Part shown: positions 31,515-46,448 of the stretch, in pieces | Numbering within the stretch: the stretch's first letter is position 1 | Layout of the letters: the number at the start of each line of letters is the position of its first letter | Source: the human T2T-CHM13v2.0 reference genome, Homo sapiens | Direction: 5' to 3' (one strand) | DNA length: 64,000 bases | Assembly (NCBI RefSeq): GCF_009914755.1 | Contig: NC_060939.1 | Program-made: the position numbers and the translations under genes | The notes under the pieces: generated by a model | What the model was told of the DNA's origin: nothing | Seen by the model: the letters and a program-made list of their open reading frames with translations, nothing else | Database searches by the model: none

Positions 31515-34075
31515 ATTTTTTTTTATTGCAATAGGTTTTTGGGGAATATGATGGGGTATTTTAAATTTCAATAGGATTTTGGGAAACAGGTGGTGTTTGG
31601 TTACAGGAATAAGTTGTTTAGTGGCGATTTCTGAGATTTGTGGTGCACCCATCACCCAAGCAGTGTACACTGTACCCAATGTGTAGTGTTTTATCCCGCA
31701 CCGCACCCACCCCACCACTCCCAGCGTTTCCCTGAGTCCTTGAAGACCATTGTATCATTCTTATGCCTTTGCATCCTCATAGCTTAGCTCTCACTTATGA
31801 ATGAGAACATACAATGTTTGGTTTTCCATTCCTAAGTTGCTTCACTTAGAATAATGGTGTCCAGTTTCATCCAGGTTGCTGTGAATGCATTATTTAATTC
31901 TATCTTATGGCTGAGTAGTATTCCATGTGGTAAATATTTATACCACATTTTCTTTATCCACTTACGGATTGGTGGGCATTTAGACTGGTTTCAAATTCTT
32001 CCAATTGCATATTGTGCTGCTATAAACATTCGTGTGCTAGTATCTTTTTCATATAATGACTTATTTTCCTCTGAGTAGATACCCAGGAGTGGAATTACTG
32101 GATCAAATGATAGATCTGCTTTTACTTCTTTGGAAATCTCCTCGCTGTTTTCCATAGCTGTTGTACTAGCTTACATTCCCTCCAAAAAGTGTAAAAGTGT
32201 TCCTTTTTTGCCACATCCATGCCAACATCTATTAGTTTTTGATTTTTTGATTATGACCGTTCTTGCAGGAGTGAAGGGTTATCATATTGTCTTATGGTTT
32301 TGATTTACATTTCCCTGATAATTAGTTATGTTGAGAATTTTTTCATGTGTTTGTTGGCCAGTTGCTTCTTTTGAGAATTGTCTGTTCATGTCCTTAGCCC
32401 ACTTTTTGATGGGATGTTTTTCTTGCTGCTTTGTTGAGTTCCTTGCAGATTCTGGGTATTACTCCTTTAATCAGAAGTACAGATTGCGAAGATTTTCTGC
32501 CACTCTGTAGGTTATCTGTTTACTCTGCTGATTATTTCTCTTACTGTGCAGAAGCCTTTTAGTTCAATTAAGCTTCATCTATTTATCTTTGTTTTAGTTG
32601 CATTTGCTTTTTGGGTTATTGGTCATGAAGTCTTTGCCTAAACCAATGTCTAGAAGGGTTTTTCCAATGTCGTCTTCTAGAACTTTTATGGTTTCAGGTA
32701 TTAGATTTAAGTCCTTGATCCATCTTGAGTTGATTTTTGAATAGGGTGAGAAATGAGCATCCACTTTCATTCTTCTATGTGTGGCTTGCCATTTATCTCA
32801 GCACCATTTGTTGAATAGGGTATTTTCCTCTGCTTTATGTTTTTGTTTGTTTTGTTGAAGATTAGATGACTATAAGTATTTGGCTTTATTTCTGGGTTCT
32901 CTATTATGTTCCATTGATCTATATGGCTATTTTTATACCAGTACCATGCTGTTTTGGTGACTATGGCCTTCTAGTATAGTTTGAAGTCGGCTTCTAGATT
33001 TGTTCTTTTTGCTTAGTCTTGCTTTGGCTATACAGACTCTTTTTTGGTTCTAGGCTTTTATTACCTTAAGGTATGTCCCTTCTATGTCTTTTTTAGTTCC
33101 ATGTGAATTTTTGTAGTTCTGTGAAGACTGATGTTGGTACTTCAATGGGGATTGCATTGAGTTTGTAGATTGCTTTTGGCAGTATGGTATTTTCACAATA
33201 TTGATTTTACCCATCCGTGAGCATGGGATACGTTTCCATTTCTTTGCATCTATGATTTCTATCAGCAGTGTTTTGTAGTTTTCCTTGTAGAGGTCTTTTG
33301 TTTCTTTGGTTAAGTATTCCGGATATAATTAAGATTTTGTCTGCAAAGATTGCATGCAATTGACAATTATAGGAATATACTATTATAATTATAAGAATTA
33401 TAATATTCCTAAGGTTTTTATTGCAGCTATTGTAAAAGGGGGTGAGTTTTTTATTTAATTCTCAGCTTGTTCACTATTACTGTATAGCAGAGCCACTGAC
33501 TTGTGTACATTAATTTTGTATCCTGAAACTTTACTGAATTCATTTACCAGTTCTAGTAGCTTTTGGGATGTGTCTTTAGGGCTTTCTAGGTATACGATCG
33601 TGTCATCAGCAAAGAGTGACAGTTCGACTTCCTCTTTACCGATTTGGATGCCCTTTATTTCTCTTATCTGATTGCTCTGGCTAGAACTTCTAGTTCTGTG
33701 TTGAATAGAAGTGGTGAAGGTTGGAATCATTGTCTTGTTCCAGTTCTCAGGGGGAATGCTTTCAAATTTTCCCCATTCTGTATAATGTTGGCTGTGTGTT
33801 TGTCATATATGGCTTTTATTACCTTAAGGTATGTCCCTTCGATATTGATTTTGCTGAGGGTTTTAATCATAAAGGGATTCTGGATTTTGTCAAATGCCTT
33901 TTCTATGTCGATTTTGCTGAGGATTTTAGGCATAAAGCGATGCTGGATTTTGTCAAATCCTTTTTCTGCATGTATTGAGATGATCATGTGATTTTTGTTT
34001 TTAATTCTCTTTATATGGTGTATCACATTTATTGACTTGCATATGTTTAACCATCCTGCATCTCTGGTTTCTCCT
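31515..34075 (-). mobile_element. older primate L1 (L1PB / old L1PA-like), 3' part
   Basis: antisense 3' UTR and ORF2 peptides ([38 protein letters not shown]). Confidence 0.9.
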
Positions 34076-34097
34076 CAGATCGTATGCATCTTTCACC

Positions 34098-34520
34098 TTT
34101 GATGGTTAATTTTATTTGCCAAGTTGGGTTGCCTAGAGATTTGGTTAAACACTCTGGATATGTCTGTGAGGGTGTTCCTTGATGAGATGAATATTTGACT
34201 ATGTAGACATAGTAAAGTAGTTGCCCTCCCCAATGTGAGTGGACCTCATCCAATCCATGAAAAACTCAAATGAAACACAAAAGTAGAGGAAGAGAGAATT
34301 CACTCTCTTTGTCTGATGATTTCAGAGCTGAGATGTAGATTGAAGTCAGACGTGGACTCTAACTGATGCCATCAGCTTTCCTTGTTCTCAGGACTTTAGG
34401 CTTCAACTGGAACTCCAACATTGGCAGTCCTGGGTCTCCAGCTTGCTGACTGCAGGTCCTGGGACTTCTTAGCCTCCATAACCACATGAGCCAATTCCTT
34501 ATAATAAACCTATATATATT
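34098..34520 (+). mobile_element. MLT2-type (ERVL) LTR
   Basis: tgatggttaattttat...gtctgtgagggtgtt...ccctccccaatgtgagtggacctcatccaatcc...agcctccataaccacatgagccaattccttataataaa. Confidence 0.8.
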
Positions 34521-34972
34521 CATGCAACTGGTAAATATTTTGTTGTTATAGATTTGGCTACCATTTTCTTTTTTGTGCCTATTTTAACAGAGTCTCAGTC
34601 ATAGCCTGCCTTCATCTCTGAAGAGACCAGACGACCCACAGAGTGCCTCGGCAGCCTTGTCATTGCATGCAATCTTCACAGACAAGATCTCACTGCAACC
34701 ACCTTTCTACAGGAGCACAGATGTGACATTATACTGATGACATCATTCTCAGAGAAAATTAATTTTACACACTAAGGACACACAGATACAAGGAGGCTTA
34801 CACAAAGGGAATGGAGCTTTCCTCAACACAGTAGTGCAAGGCCCTGCCACTTTGCTTCAATTCCTGAAAATTCCTTGGTAAACATGGGGCTGCCCTATTC
34901 CTGACACTTTCAAAAAATAGTTATTGATCCTCTCAGTGTCCACAATATTAATACAAGCCCAACATTCTTTAA

Positions 34973-35274
<302 letters not shown>

Positions 35275-36686
35275 CTTTAATTCTTTACTTGGGGTTCAGG
35301 TGACAACATATTTCTTATTTACAAATCTTACTTAATCTCACTGATGCTGTCACTGGCAAACTGACCCACCTTGAATGAAGCCTCCTCCAACAAGTCTGGA
35401 ATCTGTCCGAATTTAAATTAACAGGTGCTCCTATAAATTCCCTCAGAGAACACACTGTGGATGCTTCAGCAACCTCTTCCCATGCCTCCTGAATTATCTG
35501 GGTTGCATATGGTAGCCATAAGTTGTCCATGGGCCTCTGATGTAAAAAACAAACCTCCCCCCTTTTGACCCTCTGCTGTACAGTATCAGGGCAGTGATTG
35601 CTGACCACATACTGGACCACTGGAAACAGAGGGCTCTGCGTCCATGTCCATGAGCCTTCATGCCCATCTGGCCATCAAGCCTTGGGAAGCAGCACCCCAC
35701 AGGCTTGGCACAGCTGCAGATACCTTCTTGCCTCAGGATGGAGTCAAACCTGGACCCCTTGCCATTCTCATCTGCAGGAAACCCTGGCCTCATTCATCCT
35801 CAGGCTGTGGTGCTGGTACTGGCCTCCTTCATCCTCAGGCTGGAAGTCACCCATCTCTGAGGTCCCTTGGGATCGACTGAGTGACCAGCAGTGAAGTTCG
35901 TCCACCTTCTGAATGGATGCCATCATCGGACGTGGTGGAGCTCAGTGGGATGCTGCTGCCTTCCCTCCCTTAGCTAGGATGTCCCTGATAAAGGATGACA
36001 CCTAAGCCTCAGCACGACTGGCCAAACTTGAGATGGTCATCTCAACACTGATGCTGTGCCAGCAATTAGCCCCATTTGTACATTTTTAAAAACTTTTTGG
36101 CAATTGCCAAGAATTGTTCACCTTACCTCCTCATTGAATTAAAGAAACTTCTTGTCTCATGGATACTCAGAATACCAATCAAGGTAACAGATGCCTTTTT
36201 TTAACCAAGGACACAGTGCGGATCTCACAGGGACACTCCTTATCCCCTGCAGAGTTCCAGACACTACTGATGGTGACCAAGGCAACATTTCATCAGAAAA
36301 CACAGTGCTGGGCTTGTGAAAAAGGTGTCCAGTAGAGCTTCCACTGCCCCTATAGGCTGCAGGCAGTTGCTTTAGTTGAGAGATAGACTGAGCTCCTCAA
36401 AGAATTCCTATTTAAGTTACAAAGCAGTGAGTGGATGCCCTGCTGGGTTCCACTGTTGCCACAGGCTTTGATTACTCTAAGTTCATGCTTCTTAGGAAAG
36501 TGCACTTTTTACACCAATGCTACACAGTTCCCTCAGGTGCCTTTACTGGACATCAAGGAGTTCACATTTTTGACAACCATTTAGTCCTAGACTGTCCAAG
36601 GGGTGCAGGTAGCTCCGTACAGGAAGCTGCCTGCTGCTTGTGGATCAGTAATATCAGACTTGCCCAACAACTCACTAGAGACATGA

Positions 36687-36839
36687 AAACCAATGCATGG
36701 GGGATGCATGACGTCACCCAAATATTTATGAACACGCTTGTGCTGCCAGAGACTCCAGATCTCTAAACCAATGCATGGGGAATGTATGACATCACCCAAA
36801 TATTTATCAACATGCTTGTGCTGCCAGAGACCCCAGATC
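36687..36839. repeat. tandem duplication, 2 x ~75 bp (period 78)
   Basis: aaaccaatgcatgggg..atg.atgac.tcacccaaatatttat.aaca.gcttgtgctgccagagac.ccagatc at 36687 and 36765. Confidence 0.92.
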
Positions 36840-38257
36840 AGTTTTCCTGCCTCCTGCTAAACAAATGGGGGCAGTAGCTTTGCATCAGCTTCCACATTTC
36901 ATTACTCATAACTGTGGCCTTCTTAATTTCTCATGTCCCTAAGCACTTATTACAATGCCTCAACAGCCTTCTCTCAGCCTCTCAAAATATTAGTCATCAT
37001 TAAAATAAATGTCTGATGTTAAAGCATCAGGGTCAATTGTATTGTGACATCTAAAATTTCATGAAGCACCCCACCATGTCCTCAGCCTAATGGCTTTCAT
37101 GCCCCCACCAGACTGCAAAACTCTGAATTAGTCAAGCACATCCCTGAAGGGACCAGGGGTTACCCCACCGTCTGATTTCTATCAAGCCTGTCTCCCACAC
37201 CCTCTGCTCCAGAGCGCAACCCCCGGGTAGACCTGCATAGATGCAGTGTCATCCCCTGCTGGGCTGAGTATGTGTGACGAATGAATTACTTTGAATTTCA
37301 TCTGCTCAGTGTTTTTTTTGCCTGCAGCCATTCCCAGAATTCTAGGGCAAGACTAGCTTCTTCGCCAATAGGGTGAACAGGAAGGAACCCAACTAGGAAT
37401 TGCCTTTTTAAAAAAATCCCTTCCCACCCTCTTAATTATGTAATGCATGCATTTTTATAGCTTTTTTGCTCATTCCATTATCTGAGGTCAGCCACTGATA
37501 TTTAACCCATCCTTAGCCTCGGAGGAGGGCAGAGGAGCACTGGTCATATTGATTTTGCTAGTGGTGACATGATTTCCTCCTGTGCCACTCAAGAGCTCTC
37601 CTTCTTTAACTTGATGCTCAGTAGGTTGCATTTCACTCATCTTTGCAGATTGTTAAGAAGATGAGAATCAGCTTTCATTTTTGATGTTGCCATAGGGAAG
37701 ACTCTTTGGTAATGTTTATTTGCACAATCAACTTTTTCTTATTTTCCCCCAGAAATTGCAAACTCTTATGTGAGAGACAGCTTTCTGGAGTCTGCAAACA
37801 TAGATTATCTTCTCTCTTTTGGTCGCAAATTTCTTATATCCCCACCAACAATAAAATAGTTACATATAATTTTGGCATGTCATATTGATTGCCAACTACA
37901 AGTAAGAACATTCCTTGATTTTAAATCTAGATTAATTATGAAAATTTGGGAGCCACAAAAAATTATTGTGTACAAATTTATAGACCTCTTCTTAGGATTA
38001 AATGAGTTAATATTAACTAATATTTATTGTGCAGTTAAGGTATGGCAGAAGCTTCCTATGTAGTATTTCATTTTATACTTAAAACAATATTCCATGCAAA
38101 ATGCTATAATTTCCCCATGCCTCCAATTTGGACATGATAAAACTGGGTCTCGTAAAGTTTTCACCCCAGAGTTCTCTGCTTAGTAAGAAGTAGAAGGAAG
38201 TCTAAACCTAAGTCATCTGATTTCAAAGCCCATATAGTTAAAGGCTCTAAATGCAGC

Positions 38258-38792
38258 TTCCCATGGTGATGGTGACTATGAGGGCCTGTCACATATGATG
38301 TAGGACCCCAGTGCTTCCCTGTAATATGTGCAAGATTCCCGTGATGACGGTGACTATGAGAGCCTGTCACATACGATGTAGGACAGTGCTTCCCTGTAAA
38401 CATGCTCAAGATTCCCATGGTGATGGTGACTATAATCCTGTCACCTATGATGTAGGCAGTGCTTCCTCTGTAACATGCACAAGATTCCCGTGATAATGGT
38501 GACTATGACAGCCTGTCACATATGATGTAGAGCCCCAGTGCTTCCTCTGTAACATGTACTAGATTCCTGTGATGATAGTGACTATGAGATCCTGTCACAT
38601 ACGATGTAGGACAGTGCTTCCCTCTAACATGCACAAGATTCCCGTGATGATGGTGACTATGAGAGCCCATCACATATGATGTAGGACAGTGCTTCCCTGT
38701 AACATGTACAAGATTCCCGTGATGATGGTGAGTATGAGAGCTTGTCACATATGATGTAGGACAGTGCTTCCTCTGTAACATTCACAAGATTC
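38258..38792. repeat. minisatellite, 7 units of 73-79 bp
   Basis: consensus ttcccgtgatgatggtgactatgagagcctgtcacatatgatgtaggacagtgcttccctgtaacatgcacaaga; unit starts at 38258, 38336, 38412, 38485, 38564, 38639, 38714. Confidence 0.95.
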
Positions 38793-39387
38793 ACCCGTGG
38801 ATTTATTAAAATGCAAACTCATAGTCCACACTTTGACTAGCTAAGATAAGAGCATTTAAATGGATGTCCTGGTGACAGTGCTAAGATGCTACTGTTCATG
38901 TGGGCACTGGCTCACCATATTAACGAAGCTTAGGACCTCCAGTCCCTGCTGGAAAAGAAATACAGATACATAGGATGTGACTGTGCATATGGAATATCTG
39001 TTGTGTTCTGGACATTGTACTAGACACTAGAGATAAAAAGTCAAATATCCCTTGCCTCTATCTGAAAGGAGCTTCCTTCTCAGTGGCTTCTGACTGCAGT
39101 GTATATTTTCTCTTCTGTCCTGGGTGGGTGAGCTTTATCTCAATGTTGGTAACTGAACACTGCCCAGTGGGTTTGATGAGGGAGATCACAGCTAGCTGCG
39201 CTCCCACATAGCTATGACCATAGCATACCTCATGATGCCATTTCCCCCTTGCCAGAAGTGTCCCTCCAGTATCATACATGCTCCCCATGATTATAAATTC
39301 TTCCTCCTTCCACTAAATGTTCCTAAATCTTGCAAAGATAAAAACATAATCCACATTCTCATCATATTAGTTATATATTAATGATGA

Positions 39388-39686
<299 letters not shown>

Positions 39687-39822
39687 AATAAATTTTAGCC
39701 ACACATATCTATTAAAAACTTCATGATATACTTTGCTATTTTTAAATTTCTTATGCTCTTATAAAATGTGTGTTCTGGACTCATGTTGGCTTCCATTTCT
39801 TCCCTCTGGCTTCTATTAGTTT

Positions 39823-39922
39823 AGGCTATGAGCAGAGATGGACAAGGTGGCTACTGTAATGGATCAAGGCTATGAGCAGAGATGGATGAGGCAGCGGCTG
39901 TAATCGATCAAGGCTATGAGCA
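39823..39922. repeat. 44-bp tandem repeat, ~2.3 copies
   Basis: aggctatgagca at 39823, 39867 and 39911. Confidence 0.9.
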
Positions 39923-40032
39923 TCTTGTGAAGTAGGATGTTAAATCTGTAAATATCAGAATGAATCCAAATTTATCAATTCAAAACTGCATTGTAAAACA
40001 GCTCAAAACGGACTAAAAACACAGCTCTACAA

Positions 40033-40310
<278 letters not shown>

Positions 40311-42429
40311 ACAACTCTAAACGAAGGTGGCTAGAAAAGTAGCTCAACTTGTTCCTGTCTGGTTAAATACAAACATAAATGAACTACTTATATGCCCCAG
40401 TGGCTTCATAACGTTGAAAGCAAAGTCAATTGTTCTAGCAGGTTCTGGAAAACTTTATCATATCATGGGGTTCAATGAAAATATCAAATCATAAATATAA
40501 CAATCAAATCTGAAAGTGAATCTAGTTTCAAAGATCTCAGAAACCACTGTGTAGGAAGCTCTTTTCAGATAGAGACAAGGGATTATTTGACTTCTTATCT
40601 CTGTTGTCTAGCACAATGTCCAGAACACAACAGACATTCCATATCCATAGTCACATCCTATGTATGTGTATTTCTTTTCCAGCAAGGACTAGAGGTCCTA
40701 AGCTTTGTTTATATGGTGAGCCAGTGCCCAAATGAGCAGCAGAATCTTAGCACAGTCACCTACACACTCATTTCAATGCTCTGGCCCCTTATCCAAGCTA
40801 GTCAAAGTGTGGTCTATGGTTTTGCATTTTAAGGAGATCCCCGGGTGAATCTTGTGGCTGTCAAAGGAGGAGAAGCACTGCCGAAAAGGTGAACTAATTT
40901 ATTGAGGCAGGCTGGCTATTTATTTATTTATCTTGTTGATGAGAAGATTCAAATTGACATACACAATTACCCCCATAAAGATTTCAGGTAAAAAACAAAC
41001 AAAGGTTTAGATATCAGATGTGTTTTACAACTACCACACCACTCTTTACTACAGCATCTAGTAGCACAGAAATTAGGTGAAAATTTTTGTCTCATGAGCC
41101 TTCTGTCAGTACTTTTAAAATTGGATACTCAATAAATAGTGGCCAAATTGAATCTCTTACAGGCATCTCACTCAAACTGCAGTCATACTTTCCAATAGGC
41201 CCCATAAAAATCCTTGTTCTGGAGCAATCTAATATGTTTATCCACCTCTTTAGACACTTAGGTAAGTATAATAATACAAGTTTTTTTTTTGTGTGTGTGT
41301 GTGTGTATTGTGTACCTTGTGGCCTCTTGCCCAGTTTTGCAACACCTGAAGCTGAGGCAAGTTTAATGTAAATAACGTCCAGCAATGTTAGAAATGTTGA
41401 CTTTTATGTGTCCGTCAGGAAAAAAGGATGAATATTATTGTAGAGGAAATTTTCATTTTGGAAAAAATGAATACTGTTTGAATATTACTTTCATGCTTTC
41501 CACAGATATTATACACAGATATTATATTCCAAGGGCTATGTTTCAAAGTCATCAAAAATAGAAAATACATTGTATATTTCTAGCTGAAAATAATAACAGT
41601 AATTAGCCTACCTTTGGGGAAATGTGATAAAAATATTAACGAACATCAAAACTCATTAAAAGCACAAAATGTGCAATGATTTCAACTACATGTTCTTTAT
41701 ATGAATTATACATGTAGACATATAGACACGTTTGATAAATGTTATTTAAAATCTGAGTGCTTTGGTAAATGATTCAGTCATCTGTAGATTGAAGGGATTA
41801 CTTTTATCTGTCTTCATAGTGAGAATTAGATTTCTATTCTTTATAAAGCAGGGAATATAGATTATGCATGGAGTAAAATCATTCAATCCTTATTAATAAT
41901 GATGGTAGCTGCGCTGCAGAGGAGAAAGACTGTCAGAGTAACGTGTTCAGTTTTACATCATAATCAGAGTGTGTCGATCTCTGCTGAAGGCAGAATTAAA
42001 AAGTGCTTCAGCATTTTTTAAATAATAGATGAAAAACATCTCAAAGTCACTTTTAAAATTTGAATGGACAATTCCACATAACAGGAAAAGGACCAAGAAC
42101 ATCTTAAATAAATATTTCACGATGGAAGTGATGTTTTAAGTGCAATTTCATCAAGGAGAAGTTTTTCCAGAAAGTCTTTTGACCTCAGGAAGAATCTCAT
42201 TAGTTTACTCTGGTAAATAGTTTCTAGTAAAATGAGAAAGAGTTGACTTTTTAAAAACAATAAAAAATTTACACGGTTTAATCTAATGTTGTGATTTCGA
42301 AAGTGCTGCTTGTGCCCTCATAGTTACGCATGTGAATTTATATGCATTTTCATCGCTCACTCAAACGCCAATAAAATATGTTACTATCCAGGCTCCTTAA
42401 AAGCCACATTAATTTCGAAAAGTGAGGAT

Positions 42430-43960
42430 TGTATGTATTCTGTGAGGTGTGTGCAGGTGTATGCATGATATGTGTGTGTGGTCTGTGTGTGTAGTAGGTA
42501 CATGGGGTATGTATATGTATGTGTGTGGTGTGTATTGTGAATGTTATGTGTGCATACTGTGTGTAGCATGTGGGTGGTGCATGGCATGTATATGTGCTGT
42601 GTTTGTGGTGTATGTGTGTGTGGTGTGTATGTGTACTATGTGTGATGTGGTGTGCATGTGATATGTGTGTGTGGAGTATGTGATGTGTGTGTTTTCTATG
42701 TGTATGGTGTTGTGTGTGTGCAGTGTGTGTAGTGATTGATGTGTGCTTGATGTGTTTGTAGAATGTGTGTGGTGTGGTGTGTGTATGTGAGGTATGTGTT
42801 TGCTCTATGTGTGTGCTGTTGTAGGTACGTGTGCAGTGTGTGGGGAGTATGTGTGGGTTGTGTGGTGTGTGTGGGGAGTATGTAGGGGTGTGTGATGTGT
42901 ATGTGGCGTGTGGTGCTGTATGTGTGTGATGTATGTGTAGTAGATTCATGTGTGTGGTGTGGGGGTGTGTGCACATGTGCACATACTGTGTGGGGTGTGT
43001 GGTGTCTGTGGGGGTGTGTGTGTGCACATGGTGTGTGTACAGTGTGTGGGGTGTGTGCATGTATACATGGTGTGGGTGCAGTATGGTGTCTCTGTGTGTG
43101 TGGTGTCTGGGGTGTGTGTGCATGTGCACATGGTGCGAGTGTGTGGTGTGTGCATGTATACATGGTGAGCTGTGTGCAGTGTGTGTGGTGTCAGTGTGTG
43201 GGTGGTGTCTGGGGTGTGTGCATGTGTACACAGTGTGTGTGCAGTGTGTGGTGTGTGTGTACGTGTGAACATGGTGTGGTGTGTGCAGTGTGTGTGAGGT
43301 GTGTGTGCAGTGTGTGTGGTGTCTTGGTTGTGTGTACAGTGTGGTGTCTGTGGGGTGTGTGTGCACGTGCATGGTGTGTGGTGTGTGTGCGTGTGTACAT
43401 GGTGTGTATGCATTGTGTGTGGCTTCTGCATGTGAGGTGTGCATGTGCACATGACATGGTGTGTGCAGTGTGTGGTGTGTATGTGGGTGTGTGTGTGTGC
43501 ACATGGCGTGTGTGTAGTGTGGTGTCTGGTGTGTGGTGTGTGTGGGGTGTGTGTGTGCACATGGTGTTTGTGTGCAGTGTGTGTGGTGTCTGGGGTGCAT
43601 GCGTGCACATGGCATGGTGTGTGCAGTGTGTGTGGTGTCTGGGGTGTGCATATGCACATGGTGTGTGTGCAGTGTGTGGGGTCTGTATGGGGTGTGTGCA
43701 TGTGCAAATGGTGTGTGTGCAGTGGATGTGGTGTGTGGGGTGTGTGCAGTGTGTGTTGTGGGGTGTGTGTGCGTGTGCACATGGTGTGTGTGCTGTTTGG
43801 TTTCTGTGGGGGGTGTGTGTGCACATGGTGTGTGTGCAGTGTGTGGTGTCTGTGTGTGGGGTGTGTGTGCATGTGCACATGGTGTGTGCTGTTTGTGTGG
43901 TGTCTGTGTGTGAGGTGTGTGTGCGGGTACACATGGCGTGGTGTGTGCAGTGTGTGTGTT
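42430..43960. repeat. degenerate (TG)n / GT-rich tract with higher-order motif gtgcacatggtgtgtgtgcagtgtgtgtggtgtctgggg
   Basis: about 1.5 kb; source of spurious H/T/P- and C/V-rich ORFs. Confidence 0.97.
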
Positions 43961-45799
43961 ATGAGTGACTGTTTCTCTTAGCATGTGGACATCAGTCTTC
44001 CAGACCAGCTTTCTCCATGTGTCTGGGAACATAAGAAACAAGTTTCTGCAATAATTATTACACAACTTTTCCAGAGAGGGACCAAATTTCTGTCGTAAGT
44101 GGTTATCTGTGTCATTTCTCAGGAGGGAATGTGATGTCCTGGCTTGGCTCACACCCTCTGTGGGTTTAGGCAGGGTTCCTGCTGGATCCCTCACTGTGGC
44201 CAGAGAGGGAGGGCTCTGTTTCACCACAGGGCACCAGAAGAGGACTGGTGTGCGAAAAGACCAGGTAATCATAATGCTATTAATAATAGCAGTAATCATA
44301 CTGTTTTATATATTGTATATGTCATAAGGATTTTAACTTTCATGTAACATAATTGCTATAAAAATTTCCCGTTTGTTTTGTGCTATTTACCTGGTGTTGA
44401 AATGTGTAACAATTTACATTTTAGGTACGTTAGGTTTATTCCTTTTTATATGGTTTCTGTTTGAAATTTTGATTTTAGAAGACATTCATTCTCAAGGTCA
44501 TAAAACACACACACATCTAATTTTCTTTTCTTTTCTCTCTCTTTTTTTTTACGTTTAATACTGGAATTAACTTTTATGGAAAGTGTGGGACAATGATTCA
44601 ATTCTATCATTTTATATTCTCAAATCATTACCCAATATTTTAATACCATAAATAGAACAATCGCTCTGTTTTGTGGGTTTAAAATGTTACCCTGTTACTA
44701 GATAAAATTACACTCAATTTATGTGTTTTTAATTCTCTTTCATTAATGTGTTTATTTTTGTGCCATTTCAAATTTGTTTAATTTTGAATAGTGATAATAA
44801 TCAAATATATTTTAGTAAATTTTATAATATTGGCTCTCATTGTGTGTGTGTTCAATATATGGATTTAAAATCACATGTTCTTGTTCGAAAATATTTTTAT
44901 TGGAATTTTTAGTGGAATTTGAGCATATTTTTAAATGATTTACAGCAAACTAAAGAGCTAATATTTTTGAGTCCTCTCATCCAGAATGTGACATGCAAAT
45001 TCCTCAAACCTCCTTTAATGCCATTTATTCAGAATTAATATGTTAAATCAATATAAATTAGTATAAATGAGTATAACTAATGATTAAAATAAATTAATGT
45101 GTTTAGCTCCACTTTTCTGTCTTCTGCCTCCTATCACTGATGTTTTATTCCTATCCTTGTTGTTTTCTATAGTTTCTTTTATTATGTCTTTTTCTGTCTT
45201 GTGATTTGAAAACTATATGACACATTGTAATGTTTTAATTTTTCTAATTTTTTGTTTTTAATTTTAACTAATTTTATTTTTTAGAGAAGTGCAGGTTCAC
45301 AGCTAAACGGAGCAGAGAGTACAGACTTCCCATATGTCCCTTTCCCCACACACAGCCTCCCAACTACAGCTTCCTGCCTCACAGGAGCACACCTGTGACA
45401 ACCAGGAACCTACTTTGACCCTTCATTATCACTCAAAGCTTACAGTGCACATTCACATTTACTCTTCACTTTTTACGTTCTGAGTCTTGACAAAAGTATA
45501 ATGGCAACGGGATATTATTCACTGCTAACAGGAGATGAACTATCAAGCCACAAATAAAATACATGGAGGAAACTTAAATGCATATTGCTAAAAGAAGAAG
45601 CCAATCCAAAAAGTCTACGTACTGTTCGATTCCAATTATATGACGTTCTGGAAACGGTGAAACTGTGGGAACAGTAGAAAGATCAGTGGTTGCCATAGAC
45701 CAAGGGGAAGGAAGAGATGGATACACAGAGCACAGAGAATCTTCACGGCAGTAAAACCATTCTGTATGATACTGGAATGGTAGATATATACATTTGTAA

Positions 45800-46116
<317 letters not shown>

Positions 46117-46142
46117 AGTTTTTGTTTTAAGAACTGCAGACA

Positions 46143-46448
46143 AGCTGGGTGCAGTGGCTCGAGCCTGTAATGGCTGCACTTTTGGAGGCTGAAGTGCCTG
46201 GATTGCTTGAGCCCCGGAGTTCAAGACCAGCTGGGCAACATAGTGAGATCCCGTCTCTACAAAAAAAAGTATTAAAAAAAATAGCCAGGCATAGTGCTGC
46301 ATGTCTGTAGTCCCAGCTACTCAGGAGGCTGTGACAGAAAAATCACTTGACCCAGCAGTTTGAGGCTGCAGTGAGCTGTGATCATGCCACTGCACTCTGG
46401 CCTGGGCGACAGAGCGAAACCCCATCTCAAAACAAAGAACAACAAAAA
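46143..46448 (+). mobile_element. Alu (J-type)
   Basis: sense Alu, head-to-head with the preceding Alu. Confidence 0.9.

Noticed and set aside
35598-36766. Cellular gene or pseudogene in the 35.6-36.8 kb ORFs
   Set aside because: Better explained as decayed ERVL pol (RT and RNase H-like motifs).
38258-38792. CRISPR-like array or His-rich zinc-finger ORF
   Set aside because: Whole units repeat with no unique spacers, the context is eukaryotic, and unit lengths break the frame; no C2H2 spacing.
42350-44299. 649-aa ORF and overlapping long ORFs
   Set aside because: They are translations of the (CA/TG)n tract, which lacks stop codons by composition.
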